A stretch of DNA of 64,000 nt, taken from assembly GCA_049970095.1 (NCBI GenBank), contig JBMFNP010000001.1, positions 18,912 to 82,911 on the forward strand, written 5' to 3'. The notes beneath the pieces were generated by a model that had not been told where the DNA came from, did no database searches, and worked only from the letters and a program-made list of their open reading frames with translations. Of this stretch, positions 1-9,750 are shown in pieces (the stretch's first letter is position 1; every line of letters begins with the position of its first letter). A program made the translations under genes and the position numbers. Origin of the DNA: Thermoplasmata archaeon. GTDB lineage: Archaea > Thermoplasmatota > Thermoplasmata > Lutacidiplasmatales > SKW197.

Positions 1-3000
1 TGCTCAAGGAGTTTTTTTATGAAAAACTCAGTGGCTTCAGTGCGGGAAAATCCATGCTCTGGTGTGATTTTGAGGATTCCACCACCTGCCTCATAAACAA
101 TGTTTGTTTTGAGCATTGTACCAAGCACTGCACGAAATCTCCGATGGGAAATGGAGACAGAGGAGTAGAGTTCATCAGCAGTTTTTGGTTTATCCAGATT
201 GGAAAGGATCTCCTTCATTTCTTCAGCAATTCCCTCTGCAAATCCATAGCTCTTGATTGCCTTCAGAATGCTTATCTGCTGCTCTGTAAAGTAGCCACCC
301 CCTGAGAGTCCATAGGCATAATAGATGTTTTTAAGTTCCTCTGGATGTGCAAACCTCATTGCTCTCAGAAGCAATTCCTCTTCATTCATAACTCCGAAGT
401 ATTTTTCAATAACGGTTAAAGCATCATTGGAGAGTTTCGGAATACCTTGAAGCACAAGAACTCTTGCAAAAATTTCATCAAAAGGAAACACTTTCTCAAT
501 GTAAGGCAGTTCGGAATGAATAATTGCACTACCAGATTTGAAAAAACCTTGCTTGAAATATGTTGTAAATTCTGTTGCCCACTTACCTCCGATTTTATTC
601 AGGTGTACAATACTCACATCTCTATATTTCGCATATTTTATCAGCCAGTTCCAGATTTCAGGGAGATGAATGTAGTTTTCTTCTTTAAGCCAGATGCTGT
701 GTACCTGTAGAAAATCATCTCTCACTTCGCAATTCACAAAAGCCGCCAGTGCTGATTTGCTAACATAAACTAGATTGTATGCCTCTGAAAGCATTCCAGC
801 AATTTCTGCCCAGCGGTGTTCAAGATATGGGTCATGCGCAGAAAGCAGGATGCTCTCAGGCATTTTTCCATTCAATTTCTCATCTGAGAAGAAAACAGTT
901 CTTTCAGTACCCAGAATTTTTGCGCGTTTTATTTTATGTTTTGTAACTAGGTTGTTCACAATTGCGTCCACTTTTTCAAAGGGGAGGTTTAGATATCTGG
1001 AAAGAAAATCTACAGAAACAGCCCCAAAACCCTTCACAATTCTCTCTATGCAGATTTCTTCTGCCTCTGATATCCTCGGATACAATGGAAGGGCTTCATA
1101 AATTACTGGATCCCCATCCTTTTTTTTGAGAAGCACACCAATCTCAAGTTTATCTAGTGTCTCTCTGAGAGAGGAAATCCCAGCATATTTTTTCAATTCA
1201 GAAAAACTCATTGGTCTGGCAAGCATTTTCCATACTTTCTTCTCATTTTCTGTAAGCGGGAGTGAGTAAATCGATTGAAGGAGAGGAATATCTGAGACAT
1301 GCACAAACACACTTCTCCCTCCTATGTATTTTCCATACAATACATCATCAGGATGCCAGTTTTTTTCAAGCCCTCTTACAAAAAGCACATAGGGGTCCCT
1401 TATACCCAAAAAGTTTTGGAAGCATTCATCTATATTTTTTACCCCGAAAACTGCGGCGGAAATCCTGCTATCCATCTCTGCACGGGAAATATATTCACTG
1501 GTTTTTGCGAGCACAAATTCAAGGAAGGGAGCGCTGAGGAATTTCTCGTTACCATTAACAATCACGGGTACAATATTTCCATCTTCAAGCAGTTCCTGGA
1601 AAGTTTTCTCTACATCCCTGTGCCCTACACCTAGCATTGTGGCAACTTCTTCTGCAGTTGCTGGCATAGTTAAAATGTATTTGCAAATTTCTCTGAGGAG
1701 TTTGGATTTCAACCCCTTTTTGAGTTCCTCTAAAATTGATGATGCATCTGGGTACAGGTAAACCTTTCTTCCAGCAACATCTCCCTTGTGAATTTTCCCT
1801 TCCTTTACAAGGGCTTCAAGATTTTCATCTGGGTAATGGAAAACATGATATTTCTGCATGAATTCAAGTGCATCTTCTTTGCTTCCGAATCCAAACTTCA
1901 AAATCTCCTCATTGAGTAGGTACCTCTTTACCTCGCTTTCCTTCCTTATTCTCCTTAATTTTTCAATCCAGAAACCGCTATCCTTTGCAACAGAATTGAG
2001 AAGGGTGAGAGAAAATGGAGAAAGGTTATTGCCATTTCCATAATAAACCTGGAGTTCTCTTTTTTTTATTCTTTCAAGGAAGTTAACAGCATTTGGCAGA
2101 TCTAGTGTTTCGTACAAACTTTCCCTCATGGCTTCAATATAAATCGGATGTTTTTGGTGGATTTTTTCAAGCAGGGATTCCATCTGTCTGGAAATCCGAA
2201 ATGAAGAAGCCCGTTTTCCACGAAGATTTCTGAGAATCAAAAAACTTCTGATTGCGGATTGCTTGAATCTTGTGAGAAAAATATCCGAATTCCTAATTAA
2301 TTTTTCCATGGATGTGGTAAATACCTCAGCATTTGGTAGTGCCTCAAGAAATATTCTATCTTCAGTGAGAATTGCGAATCCGTTATCTTCTACAATCATC
2401 TCGCACGGAAGATTTAATTTACTGGCAATATATCTTGCCACCGCTTCATTCACCTTTCTTCCTGCAATTGATAGAACTACCGAGGCAATTCGCCCCTCTT
2501 CTTCCACCCACTCAACAAGGATTTTTTTGTTCCCTGGCATTCCTAATTCCTTCTGTTTTTTTATCATTGTCAGAATGTACATCACACTTTCTTCATTTGC
2601 ACATCTTCTTGAAAGATATTTTTTCAGGTTTGGCTCATCCATTTGTGAGAGCATTTCAAGTGTTTCTCCTATGGCTCTAGATAATTCTGGTGTTCTGGCA
2701 TTGATCTCCCCCACCCACGAGGGGACTGTGGCATGTTTCTGTGTGCTCTCTTTTACAAAAATCTTACTGCTGCTTCGGCGCACAAAATCATACACCCTTG
2801 CACCTAAAATGAAGGAATCACCTGGCTTCAAAAATTCTGCAAATTTTTCAGAAAGCGTACCCAGATGCTCACCATATTCGTCAAAAACCTGGTAATTTTG
2901 TTCCTGAGGAATTGTGCCTACATTCTCATAAAAGTATGTTGCAGCACTTCTTCTGGTAGTGAATTCTTCCAGTTTTGCGTGGTAATCCACTCTTCCAGTT

Positions 3001-4376
3001 TTAGGCTGCGAAAGGGCATGCAGCACACTCTCCAGTTCTTTCTTTTTAAGGTGATGGTAGGCATATGCCCTCTTCAGAATTTTCAGGGCTTCCTTTATCT
3101 TCCAGGTTCTGTGAATTCCCATTCCAATTAACACCTGTGCAAGCACATCTAAAGAGTTCACTGGAATTTCTACATGGTCCAGTTCTCTCCTTTCAATCTT
3201 TTCAATTATTGTGAAACATTCTAGAAAATCCAGGAGGTCTGTGGAAATAAAATAACCCATAGATATGCCGCCCAGTGTGTGTCCTGCCCTTCCAAATCTT
3301 TGGATTGCCTTGGAAATTGATTTTGGAGAAGAGATTTGTATTATACAGTCAACGCTGCCGATGTCAATTCCAAGTTCAAGTGAAGTAGAAGTCACTACAG
3401 CCCTCAATTCTCCTTTCTTTAAACTATCTTCCGTTTCCAGGCGTCTTTTTCTGCTCAAACTTCCATGGTGTGCATCAATGGCAGTTATGCCAAGCCCCCT
3501 CAGAACTTGCACAAGTTCTTCTGTGTGTTTCCTTGTGTTTGTGAAAATCATTACTGTGCGATGACGGTTGATAATCTCAGCACAGATTTTTGCGATCAGA
3601 AGATTTGCTTCTGCCCTTGGTTTGTTTTCTATGCCTGGCTGGTAGATTATCTGGATTTCATACTCTCTGCTGGTGTCTAAATTGAGAATTTCTACTCGTC
3701 TGGGTTTTCGGGCTGAAAAGCCTCCAAGATATTTTGCAATTTCTTCAATAGGGGACTGGGTGGCTGAGAGACCGATACGCACAAAACCTGGGGAGAGCTC
3801 CTCCAGGATTTCCAGTTCTGCAGAAAGCAAGGTTCCTCTTTTGCTGGCACAGAGTTCATGGATTTCATCAAGAATTACATATTCCACCTTATTTAGGTGT
3901 TCCTGGAATCTCCTTGAGTTTAACAGAATTGTGAAGGATTCTGGGGTGGTGATCAGAATGTGTGGTGCATTTTTTAGCATCTTGATTTTTTCTTTTTGAG
4001 GTGTGTCTCCAGTGCGCACTGAAACTCTTATGTTTCCCTCTAGCCCCATCTCTTCAAGGGGTAAAATAAGGTTTTTCCTTATGTCATTAGCCACTGCTTT
4101 GAGCGGAGAAATGTAGATGCAGTATACTCTATTTTCAAGTTTTCCCTTTTCATTGAGCGCTGCAAGATTGCTTAAAATTCCGAGGAATGCACTAAGTGTC
4201 TTGCCAGAACCCGTGGGGGCGCACACCAGCACATTTTTTCTATTCAGGATTCGCGGAATTGCCTGAATTTGTGGTTCGGAGAGTTTTCCATACTTTGATT
4301 TGAACCAGTTTCCAACATGGGGATGCAGCATTTGAATTATTATTTCCGATTGTTGTTCCACCACCACTGTGCCCAT
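1..4376 (-). CDS. lhr: Lhr-like large ATP-dependent (DEAD/DEAH-box) helicase, C-terminal end outside window (partial)
   Basis: I translated the minus strand in the frame whose codon first positions are 4376, 4373 and so on. It gives MGTVVVEQQSEIIIQMLHPHVGNWFKSKYGKLSEPQIQAIPRILNRKNVLVCAPTGSGKTLSAFLGILSNLAALNEKGK (Walker A/motif I). Further down it gives ...GELRAVVTSTSLELGIDIGSVDCIIQISSPKSISKAIQRFG (helicase C-terminal motifs). The frame stays open to position 1 with an Lhr-type C-terminal extension. It is not in the supplied ORF track, presumably because no stop codon lies inside the window. Confidence 0.85.
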   Translation of the reverse strand, partial: MGTVVVEQQSEIIIQMLHPHVGNWFKSKYGKLSEPQIQAIPRILNRKNVLVCAPTGSGKTLSAFLGILSNLAALNEKGKLENRVYCIYISPLKAVANDIRKNLILPLEEMGLEGNIRVSVRTGDTPQKEKIKMLKNAPHILITTPESFTILLNSRRFQEHLNKVEYVILDEIHELCASKRGTLLSAELEILEELSPGFVRIGLSATQSPIEEIAKYLGGFSARKPRRVEILNLDTSREYEIQIIYQPGIENKPRAEANLLIAKICAEIINRHRTVMIFTNTRKHTEELVQVLRGLGITAIDAHHGSLSRKRRLETEDSLKKGELRAVVTSTSLELGIDIGSVDCIIQISSPKSISKAIQRFGRAGHTLGGISMGYFISTDLLDFLECFTIIEKIERRELDHVEIPVNSLDVLAQVLIGMGIHRTWKIKEALKILKRAYAYHHLKKKELESVLHALSQPKTGRVDYHAKLEEFTTRRSAATYFYENVGTIPQEQNYQVFDEYGEHLGTLSEKFAEFLKPGDSFILGARVYDFVRRSSSKIFVKESTQKHATVPSWVGEINARTPELSRAIGETLEMLSQMDEPNLKKYLSRRCANEESVMYILTMIKKQKELGMPGNKKILVEWVEEEGRIASVVLSIAGRKVNEAVARYIASKLNLPCEMIVEDNGFAILTEDRIFLEALPNAEVFTTSMEKLIRNSDIFLTRFKQSAIRSFLILRNLRGKRASSFRISRQMESLLEKIHQKHPIYIEAMRESLYETLDLPNAVNFLERIKKRELQVYYGNGNNLSPFSLTLLNSVAKDSGFWIEKLRRIRKESEVKRYLLNEEILKFGFGSKEDALEFMQKYHVFHYPDENLEALVKEGKIHKGDVAGRKVYLYPDASSILEELKKGLKSKLLREICKYILTMPATAEEVATMLGVGHRDVEKTFQELLEDGNIVPVIVNGNEKFLSAPFLEFVLAKTSEYISRAEMDSRISAAVFGVKNIDECFQNFLGIRDPYVLFVRGLEKNWHPDDVLYGKYIGGRSVFVHVSDIPLLQSIYSLPLTENEKKVWKMLARPMSFSELKKYAGISSLRETLDKLEIGVLLKKKDGDPVIYEALPLYPRISEAEEICIERIVKGFGAVSVDFLSRYLNLPFEKVDAIVNNLVTKHKIKRAKILGTERTVFFSDEKLNGKMPESILLSAHDPYLEHRWAEIAGMLSEAYNLVYVSKSALAAFVNCEVRDDFLQVHSIWLKEENYIHLPEIWNWLIKYAKYRDVSIVHLNKIGGKWATEFTTYFKQGFFKSGSAIIHSELPYIEKVFPFDEIFARVLVLQGIPKLSNDALTVIEKYFGVMNEEELLLRAMRFAHPEELKNIYYAYGLSGGGYFTEQQISILKAIKSYGFAEGIAEEMKEILSNLDKPKTADELYSSVSISHRRFRAVLGTMLKTNIVYEAGGGILKITPEHGFSRTEATEFFIKKLLE

Positions 4377-4424
4377 AAATCCCAGAACAATATACAAAGG
4401 AGGATATGAATTTTTTGCGAGCGA

Positions 4425-4612
4425 GGGGAGGGGGCAGAGCCCCCTCCCCTTACGGTCGGGGTTAACACCCTACGGTACCTGTGTTAAGGGGTATCTAAAG
4501 ATACCCCGAACGCACAAACCCTCACGAGGGGGTTGCACCCCCAAATTGCTCATTCGGTAGACGGGGCTTTGCCACTTACGGTCGGGTTGCCCTCTACACT
4601 ACCTGCATATTT
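4425..4612. ncRNA. candidate structured non-coding RNA (GC-rich island in AT-rich divergent intergenic region); identity unknown
   Basis: About 190 nt of locally high GC lie between the divergent helicase and flippase starts. It contains several perfect hairpins: GGGGAGGGGG-CAGAG-CCCCCTCCCC, GGGGTATC-TAAA-GATACCCC, GGGGG-TTGCA-CCCCC and TTAACAC-N12-GTGTTAA. It also contains an imperfect ~33-nt direct repeat (cttacggtcgggg.../cttacggtcggg...). I could not recognise RNase P, SRP or tRNA consensus motifs. Confidence 0.3.
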
Positions 4613-4674
4613 TCCAGAAAGCACCAGTGTTCCTCCACACAATTGCACGAGTTAACCTTTAATACCCGAATACA

Positions 4675-6213
4675 TTGGGCTCTCAAATGCTTGCAAGAAA
4701 AACAGTGTTTGTAATCTTGAAAGAAGGGATTGCAGGTATTCTGGGCTTTATCACACTGTTTTTTGTTGCCAGATTTATGGGGGCAGAACCCCTTGGAAGC
4801 GTGGGTTTCGCATTGGCATTTGTAAATGTATTTAATATCGTGGCTGACATGGGTTTTAATGCTGCCCATGTGAAAAGGATGTCTGAAGGAAAGACACCAG
4901 AAAACTGTATTGCAGTCTATATCAGATTTAAAACCATACTCACAGTTGCAGCACTCGGCATTCTATTGCTAGTGCTTCTTGCTTTTGAGTTGCTGAAAAT
5001 ACAGTTTTATGACTCCACATACCCCGAAGTAATTTACATAATGCTCGGGTACTTCCTTCTTACCCAGATATTGTCAATCCCGAAATACACATTTGACGCC
5101 CGTCTCCAGATATACCGCGGGCAAATCGCTGCACTCGCTGGTGCAATTGGAAAAGACCTGCTTGTCATAAGTGCATCAGTGATAATGGCTGTGGGCACAT
5201 ACACCACATTTCAGAGAAGCATTGCACTTGCATGCGGGTATGTAATTGAAGTTTTAATTACAGCAATCATTCTCTATATTTTCTTTATTCGTAATGAAAA
5301 AATTGGAAAATTTGATAAAAATGTTGCAAAAACATACTTGAAATTCGCACTGCCGTTCTTTCCGATAGCGATCTTTACAATACTTTCTGTGAGTGCAGAC
5401 AGATTGACAATTGGTTATTTCTGGGATGCAAGAGAGGTTGGATATTACACAGCAGTCCAGCAGATTGCCAACATGCTTCTGGTAATCCAGAGTGCTACAA
5501 CCCTTGTGCTTTTTCCTGCAATTTCATCAGCTCATGCTAAAGGAAATAGAGAAGAAATTGTTAGATTAAGCAGTGAAGCCATCAGATACATACTCATTAT
5601 TCTGATACCCGTAGGTGCAGCAATCACTGTTTTTAGTGCGGGAATCATCCATGTGATTCTGAGTGATGAGTTTATTGTAGCAGAATACTGCTTCATATAC
5701 CTCACCTGGTATTTCATACTGGTCTCTCTAGCCAGTACTGCAGGAACAACGATTGGAGGTATGGATAGACCTGAACTTGGTGCAAAAATCACATTCGTTT
5801 CTGCGATTTCAAACATCGTTCTAAACTTCATGTTTGTGCCGCTCTGGGGGGCAACAGGTGCCGCAATAGCAACACTTATTTCAGGAGTTGTTTACTTCAC
5901 TCTGGTGAGATACTTTTCAAGAAAAATTCTTGGTTTCAACATATTTGGTTTTAGAAACCTGAAGACAGTTTTCGCAGGTATCCTTACTATTTTAGTGTTT
6001 TATGGCATAAAGATTATGTATTTTTCAAAGGTTGATGAGTTTAGATGGTACTCTCTGATTTTACTGCTAGGGGGTGTTGTGGGTTTGTTTGTTTTTATAC
6101 TCTGGCTTATTGGAGAGTTTGGCAGGAAAGAATTTGAATTTTTCGTGAAGAGCTTGCACATCGGAGAAATGCGAAAGGGAATTTTGGAAGAACTCCGTAC
6201 AAAGAATAATTAG
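4675..6213 (+). CDS. polysaccharide/oligosaccharide flippase (MOP superfamily, Wzx/PST family)
   Basis: 512-aa polytopic membrane protein (~12-14 hydrophobic helices) with the typical Wzx N-terminus (…LKEGIAGILGFITLFFVARFMGAEPLGSVGFALAF…). The true start may be the internal Met (MLARK). Confidence 0.7.
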   Translation: MGSQMLARKTVFVILKEGIAGILGFITLFFVARFMGAEPLGSVGFALAFVNVFNIVADMGFNAAHVKRMSEGKTPENCIAVYIRFKTILTVAALGILLLVLLAFELLKIQFYDSTYPEVIYIMLGYFLLTQILSIPKYTFDARLQIYRGQIAALAGAIGKDLLVISASVIMAVGTYTTFQRSIALACGYVIEVLITAIILYIFFIRNEKIGKFDKNVAKTYLKFALPFFPIAIFTILSVSADRLTIGYFWDAREVGYYTAVQQIANMLLVIQSATTLVLFPAISSAHAKGNREEIVRLSSEAIRYILIILIPVGAAITVFSAGIIHVILSDEFIVAEYCFIYLTWYFILVSLASTAGTTIGGMDRPELGAKITFVSAISNIVLNFMFVPLWGATGAAIATLISGVVYFTLVRYFSRKILGFNIFGFRNLKTVFAGILTILVFYGIKIMYFSKVDEFRWYSLILLLGGVVGLFVFILWLIGEFGRKEFEFFVKSLHIGEMRKGILEELRTKNN

Positions 6214-6218
6214 GGGTG

Positions 6219-6782
6219 TCATTTCGCTACAAATATATGGTACTTCTCCTTTGGATTTTCAAGTTCCAGTTTTATCCTATCTGCAATGAGCTTGTCAGGG
6301 GAATGAATTTTGACCCTGTTGCTGAGGTCCTCAAAGGATGTGAACTTTCCTTTCTTTCTTTCCTCCACAATCGCCCACATTGTCTTCTTCCCAAGACCAG
6401 GCAGGAGTTCAAGCATATGAAACCTTGTGGTAATTGGTTGCGCAGTATTGTAAAAATCTACAAACCGTTTTTCCTGTTCATGCACAATCTGGAGAATTAC
6501 ATAAGGGAGTTCCACCTGTGCAGTAGGTGTGAGTTCCTCATAACCGATTCTGCGTTTTATTTGGTGAATCTCTTTCCTTTGCTCTATGTTCTTTCCAATG
6601 TAAACACGGTCACCGATCGAGGGTGTTACATTCGGTTTGACAATAAGTTCAAACAATTTAAATTCCATATCCCCAATTGCAAGTGCCAGTGGTTCCCTTT
6701 TTATTCGCTTGTCATCAAATCTCCCCTGTGGCAAAAAATCAAGTATGTAGGCATACTCTTCATACCGTTCCATCAGCCTCAT
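6219..6782 (-). CDS. DUF655-family helix-hairpin-helix nucleic-acid-binding protein (conserved archaeal partner of rpoF/L21e)
   Basis: 187 aa with a C-terminal HhH motif (MLELLPGLGKKTMWAIVEERKKGKFTSFEDL). It sits immediately downstream of rpoF, as in the conserved archaeal cluster. The antisense ORF 6216..6830 is rejected. Confidence 0.7.
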   Translation of the reverse strand: MRLMERYEEYAYILDFLPQGRFDDKRIKREPLALAIGDMEFKLFELIVKPNVTPSIGDRVYIGKNIEQRKEIHQIKRRIGYEELTPTAQVELPYVILQIVHEQEKRFVDFYNTAQPITTRFHMLELLPGLGKKTMWAIVEERKKGKFTSFEDLSNRVKIHSPDKLIADRIKLELENPKEKYHIFVAK

Positions 6783-6797
6783 CTCCCAGATTTCTTT

Positions 6798-7124
6798 CTA
6801 CTCCTTCCCTGTGTATTTTTTCACAATTGAAAGAACGGTAGAAATTGTGTTCTCATCAAATGCCATCTCTTTCTGGAAAATTGCACGCACTTCTTCTGGT
6901 GTGGATGGTAAAAGGTCTGCCACCTTTACTGCATACTCCTCTTGAATTCCTGACTCCATAATTTTTTTAACAATTTCCACGGCAGTTTCCTTGCTTACTT
7001 TGGAAAAAGTGGTTGCGTGTTCCCTTGCCGTACTTGAAAATTTACCAAGTTCTCTTGTATTTGCTTCAGCATCTAGATATTCCTTTACCTCTGCGAGAGT
7101 AAGGTATTTTCGCATGAATTTCAC
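6798..7124 (-). CDS. rpoF: DNA-directed RNA polymerase subunit F (Rpb4 homologue)
   Basis: 108 aa. Its size, sequence character and position between L21e and DUF655 match the conserved archaeal L21e-rpoF-DUF655 arrangement. Confidence 0.7.
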   Translation of the reverse strand: MKFMRKYLTLAEVKEYLDAEANTRELGKFSSTAREHATTFSKVSKETAVEIVKKIMESGIQEEYAVKVADLLPSTPEEVRAIFQKEMAFDENTISTVLSIVKKYTGKE

Positions 7125-7421
7125 CTACTGAGAAACCCTTCTCAGATGTTGAGGTGCACAAATCACAACCTTGGGTTTGTTTCCCTCTCGCACCTCAACT
7201 AGATAGCATCTTCCTTGCATACCTACAATGGTTCCTGTGAGCCCGTGGAATCTTGGGTGTGGCATACCCTCAGGTGAGCTTGGTTCCAGGTGAATCGCAG
7301 CTTTTTCTCCAATTTCAAATTTCTGGAGATAGTGCGTAACAGGTGGCATGCCTCTCTCTCTTGGTTTTTTCCGAAGTATTCCGCGGGTCCTGCATCTTAT
7401 ACCTTTTGATGCCTTTACCAT
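7125..7421 (-). CDS. rpl21e: 50S ribosomal protein L21e
   Basis: 98 aa basic protein (MVKASKGIRCRTRGILRKKPRERGMPPVTHYL…GLTGTIVGMQGRCYLVEV), characteristic of L21e. Confidence 0.85.
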   Translation of the reverse strand: MVKASKGIRCRTRGILRKKPRERGMPPVTHYLQKFEIGEKAAIHLEPSSPEGMPHPRFHGLTGTIVGMQGRCYLVEVREGNKPKVVICAPQHLRRVSQ

Positions 7422-7423
7422 AC

Positions 7424-8653
7424 TTATTCCTCCAGCCCGTCATTTATCTTTATTACATCCAGTGCCTTTACCCTGCACGGAATTCCCAGTAATTCCGAAA
7501 TACTCGGAGTTGTGCGCCCCTCGTCGCCAGAGACCAATTCCTTCACATAGGTGCCTGATGCACATTCTATTTCCAGTTCTGCGGTGTTTCCGTGCAGCCA
7601 GTTAAGTTTTGCATCATGGATTCTTCTTTTTCTTGTAAGGTCTGAACGTCTGTGGAGTACTCGGTAAGGAGTTTTCTGATATATATCCTTTTCCCTGAGC
7701 TCGCAAAGAACACGCTCAAATCTTTCAGGAGACACTGGCTGATCAAATTCCACAAGTGCAATGTATCTTTTTGTGGCTTTTTCAGATTTTAATGATTCCA
7801 CATCTTTGTGTGTTGCAAATCTGAGCCCCTCTACTTCCACCATCTCCCTTGCATACTCGTTTATTTCCTCAGCAAGTTTTGCAAGGTCAAGTTTTCGTTT
7901 TACTGGCTCTCTTATTTCAAGAATAAAAGGTCTTCCATTTCCCAGCATTCTCACATCAATATCCTCCCTTCCCATTCCATGGAAAAAATGCTCTTTTCCG
8001 CCTGTTGCCTCAATAACCTTGCATGCAATGAGTTCCTGGACACTGGTCTCATACATCTTACCTGTGCCCCCGCATCTCCTGCAACCCTTGCCCCTGCAGT
8101 TTCTGCAATACCATCGGGTCTGGGGAATTCCTCGCACATATTTCCTGTATCTCCCATAAATAAATAGAGGTCTTATTTCCAGTTGAGCCACATCAAATCT
8201 TGTATCAATAATTACCACACAATCTGGCTCTGTGAAATTCACAGATTTTCCACTTATCTCTGCAATTTTTTTCCCTACTTCCCTGTTGAATTCGCTCTTG
8301 ATGGACTCTGCATTTCTGGCACCTAATTCAAGCCAGAGTTTTTCTTCGTAAGCAAGGATTTCTTCATCGTATTTTGAACCTACAAGGAATGTTTCCCATT
8401 CAACATTTTTGAGCACATTTATCCCGATTTCAGCGTATCTGTCAATTTTTCCAAATATTCCCTGACAGAGATTACACTGTGCGGGCTCCACATATTCATA
8501 AGCAGTTTCTGCAATAATCTTTGATGCACGCTGTGGATTGCTCAACCCGCTACCCACTTTTCCAAACAATCTTCCAAGGCAGTGGGCACAGAGACGCACA
8601 CCACTGGAAACTAATTTTTCAACAATTTTTTTATCTGCATCACTGAGAAACAT
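7424..8653 (-). CDS. pus10: tRNA pseudouridine(54/55) synthase Pus10
   Basis: 409 aa with an N-terminal Zn-binding THUMP-like region (CAHCLGR…CNLCQG) and a Cys cluster (CRNCRGKGCRRCGGTGK) before a TruB-like catalytic domain. It lies in the archaeal Pus10-L21e-RpoF neighbourhood. Confidence 0.8.
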   Translation of the reverse strand: MFLSDADKKIVEKLVSSGVRLCAHCLGRLFGKVGSGLSNPQRASKIIAETAYEYVEPAQCNLCQGIFGKIDRYAEIGINVLKNVEWETFLVGSKYDEEILAYEEKLWLELGARNAESIKSEFNREVGKKIAEISGKSVNFTEPDCVVIIDTRFDVAQLEIRPLFIYGRYRKYVRGIPQTRWYCRNCRGKGCRRCGGTGKMYETSVQELIACKVIEATGGKEHFFHGMGREDIDVRMLGNGRPFILEIREPVKRKLDLAKLAEEINEYAREMVEVEGLRFATHKDVESLKSEKATKRYIALVEFDQPVSPERFERVLCELREKDIYQKTPYRVLHRRSDLTRKRRIHDAKLNWLHGNTAELEIECASGTYVKELVSGDEGRTTPSISELLGIPCRVKALDVIKINDGLEE

Positions 8654-8656
8654 TTT

Positions 8657-8881
8657 TCACATCACGGTAGTGACTTCGTACCTTATATGAGTGCCTTTCA
8701 ACGCGCGGTGCATCTTGCCTATCAGTTTAAGCACATCTTCCATTTTTGCCTGTTTATTCCATTTGTATTGAAAGTCATGCATTCCAAATGCTTCCTCAAA
8801 TCCGAGTTCGTGCATTATTGGCACAATTTCCTCTGGCGATACTCCTTCAGTGCTGAAAATCATTCGTACATATGTTCTCAT
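8657..8881 (-). CDS. small hypothetical protein (74 aa), translationally coupled upstream of pus10
   Basis: Its stop codon lies 4 nt before the pus10 start. No recognisable motif. Confidence 0.4.
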   Translation of the reverse strand: MRTYVRMIFSTEGVSPEEIVPIMHELGFEEAFGMHDFQYKWNKQAKMEDVLKLIGKMHRALKGTHIRYEVTTVM

Positions 8882-9063
8882 AGCTTACACCACAAATAGT
8901 AAAGGAATATTGGTATAAATTCTTTTCTTGATGTAAAATTAGAAGACACTTCAGATTTGTTTGAGGGCGCATTCCAGTAATCTCAGAGAAAAGCAAGATT
9001 TCAACTACATCTCCAAAATCTTATAAACCCAGAGCCATATTCGGAAAAGGGGCGAAATGAAAA

Positions 9064-9708
9064 ATGTGGTTCATCAATATCCGCAGAGAACTCCAGAAAC
9101 AAATAGAAAATCTAAATCACCTGGATCCGGAGGTGCGGAGCAGTGCAGCAGATGCCATTGGTAAGATTGCGAGAAACGGACGGGCACAGGCAGTGGTGGA
9201 TGCTGGTGCAATCCCTGTACTGATCCGTGTGCTCAAGGACCCAGATGAAGATGTGCGAGAGCTGGCAGCAAGCGCCCTTGCAGAGATTGCAGATAGCGGA
9301 CATGCCAAGGCGGTGATAGATGCTGGGGCAGTTCCTGAGCTTATCCATCATGCTCTCTCGGATGGCTGTGAATTCATGGGGGAGTGGGCAAGATTCCTTC
9401 TTAATTTGATTGCGGAAAGTGGTCAAAAGCAGGCAGTGATAGATGCTAGGGTGCTCCCTGAAGTTATCCGTGCACTCTCAAATAGCGATAAGTATGTTCG
9501 GGAGTTGGCAATATATGCACTTGGTATGATAGCAGAAAGCGGATATACAGACGAAATAATCTGTAGTGGCGCACTGGAAAAACTGAAAGCGCTGGTGAAT
9601 GATAGCACGAAAGTGAGGGTTTATGATGAAGTGAGGAAAGAGTGGGTGAAAACCACCCTGGGTGCAGTTGCCAGCGACACATTGAAAAAAATAGAGAGGG
9701 CACATTAA
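9064..9708 (+). CDS. HEAT/armadillo-like repeat protein (PBS-lyase HEAT-like repeats)
   Basis: Internal ~38-aa repeats: AVVDAGAIPVLIRVLKDPDEDVRELAASALAEIADSG / AVIDAGAVPELIHHALSDG… / AVIDARVLPEVIRALSNSDKYVRELAIYALGMIAESG. Confidence 0.7.
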   Translation: MWFINIRRELQKQIENLNHLDPEVRSSAADAIGKIARNGRAQAVVDAGAIPVLIRVLKDPDEDVRELAASALAEIADSGHAKAVIDAGAVPELIHHALSDGCEFMGEWARFLLNLIAESGQKQAVIDARVLPEVIRALSNSDKYVRELAIYALGMIAESGYTDEIICSGALEKLKALVNDSTKVRVYDEVRKEWVKTTLGAVASDTLKKIERAH

Positions 9709-9750
9709 AGGCAGGCAAAACTCAAATACTCAATTAGCCTCCATTCATTC

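Noticed and set aside
4425-4612. Assignment of the GC-rich element to RNase P RNA, SRP RNA or a tRNA
   Set aside because: No P4-helix/CR-I (GGAAAGUCCGGGC), CR-V, SRP domain-IV (AGCAGC…GNAR) or T-loop (GTTCRANYC) consensus could be found by eye. It is left as an unassigned candidate ncRNA.
6216-6830. 204-aa + strand ORF overlapping the DUF655 gene
   Set aside because: The minus-strand product has an HhH motif and fits the conserved L21e-rpoF-DUF655 cluster. The + strand translation has no motifs.
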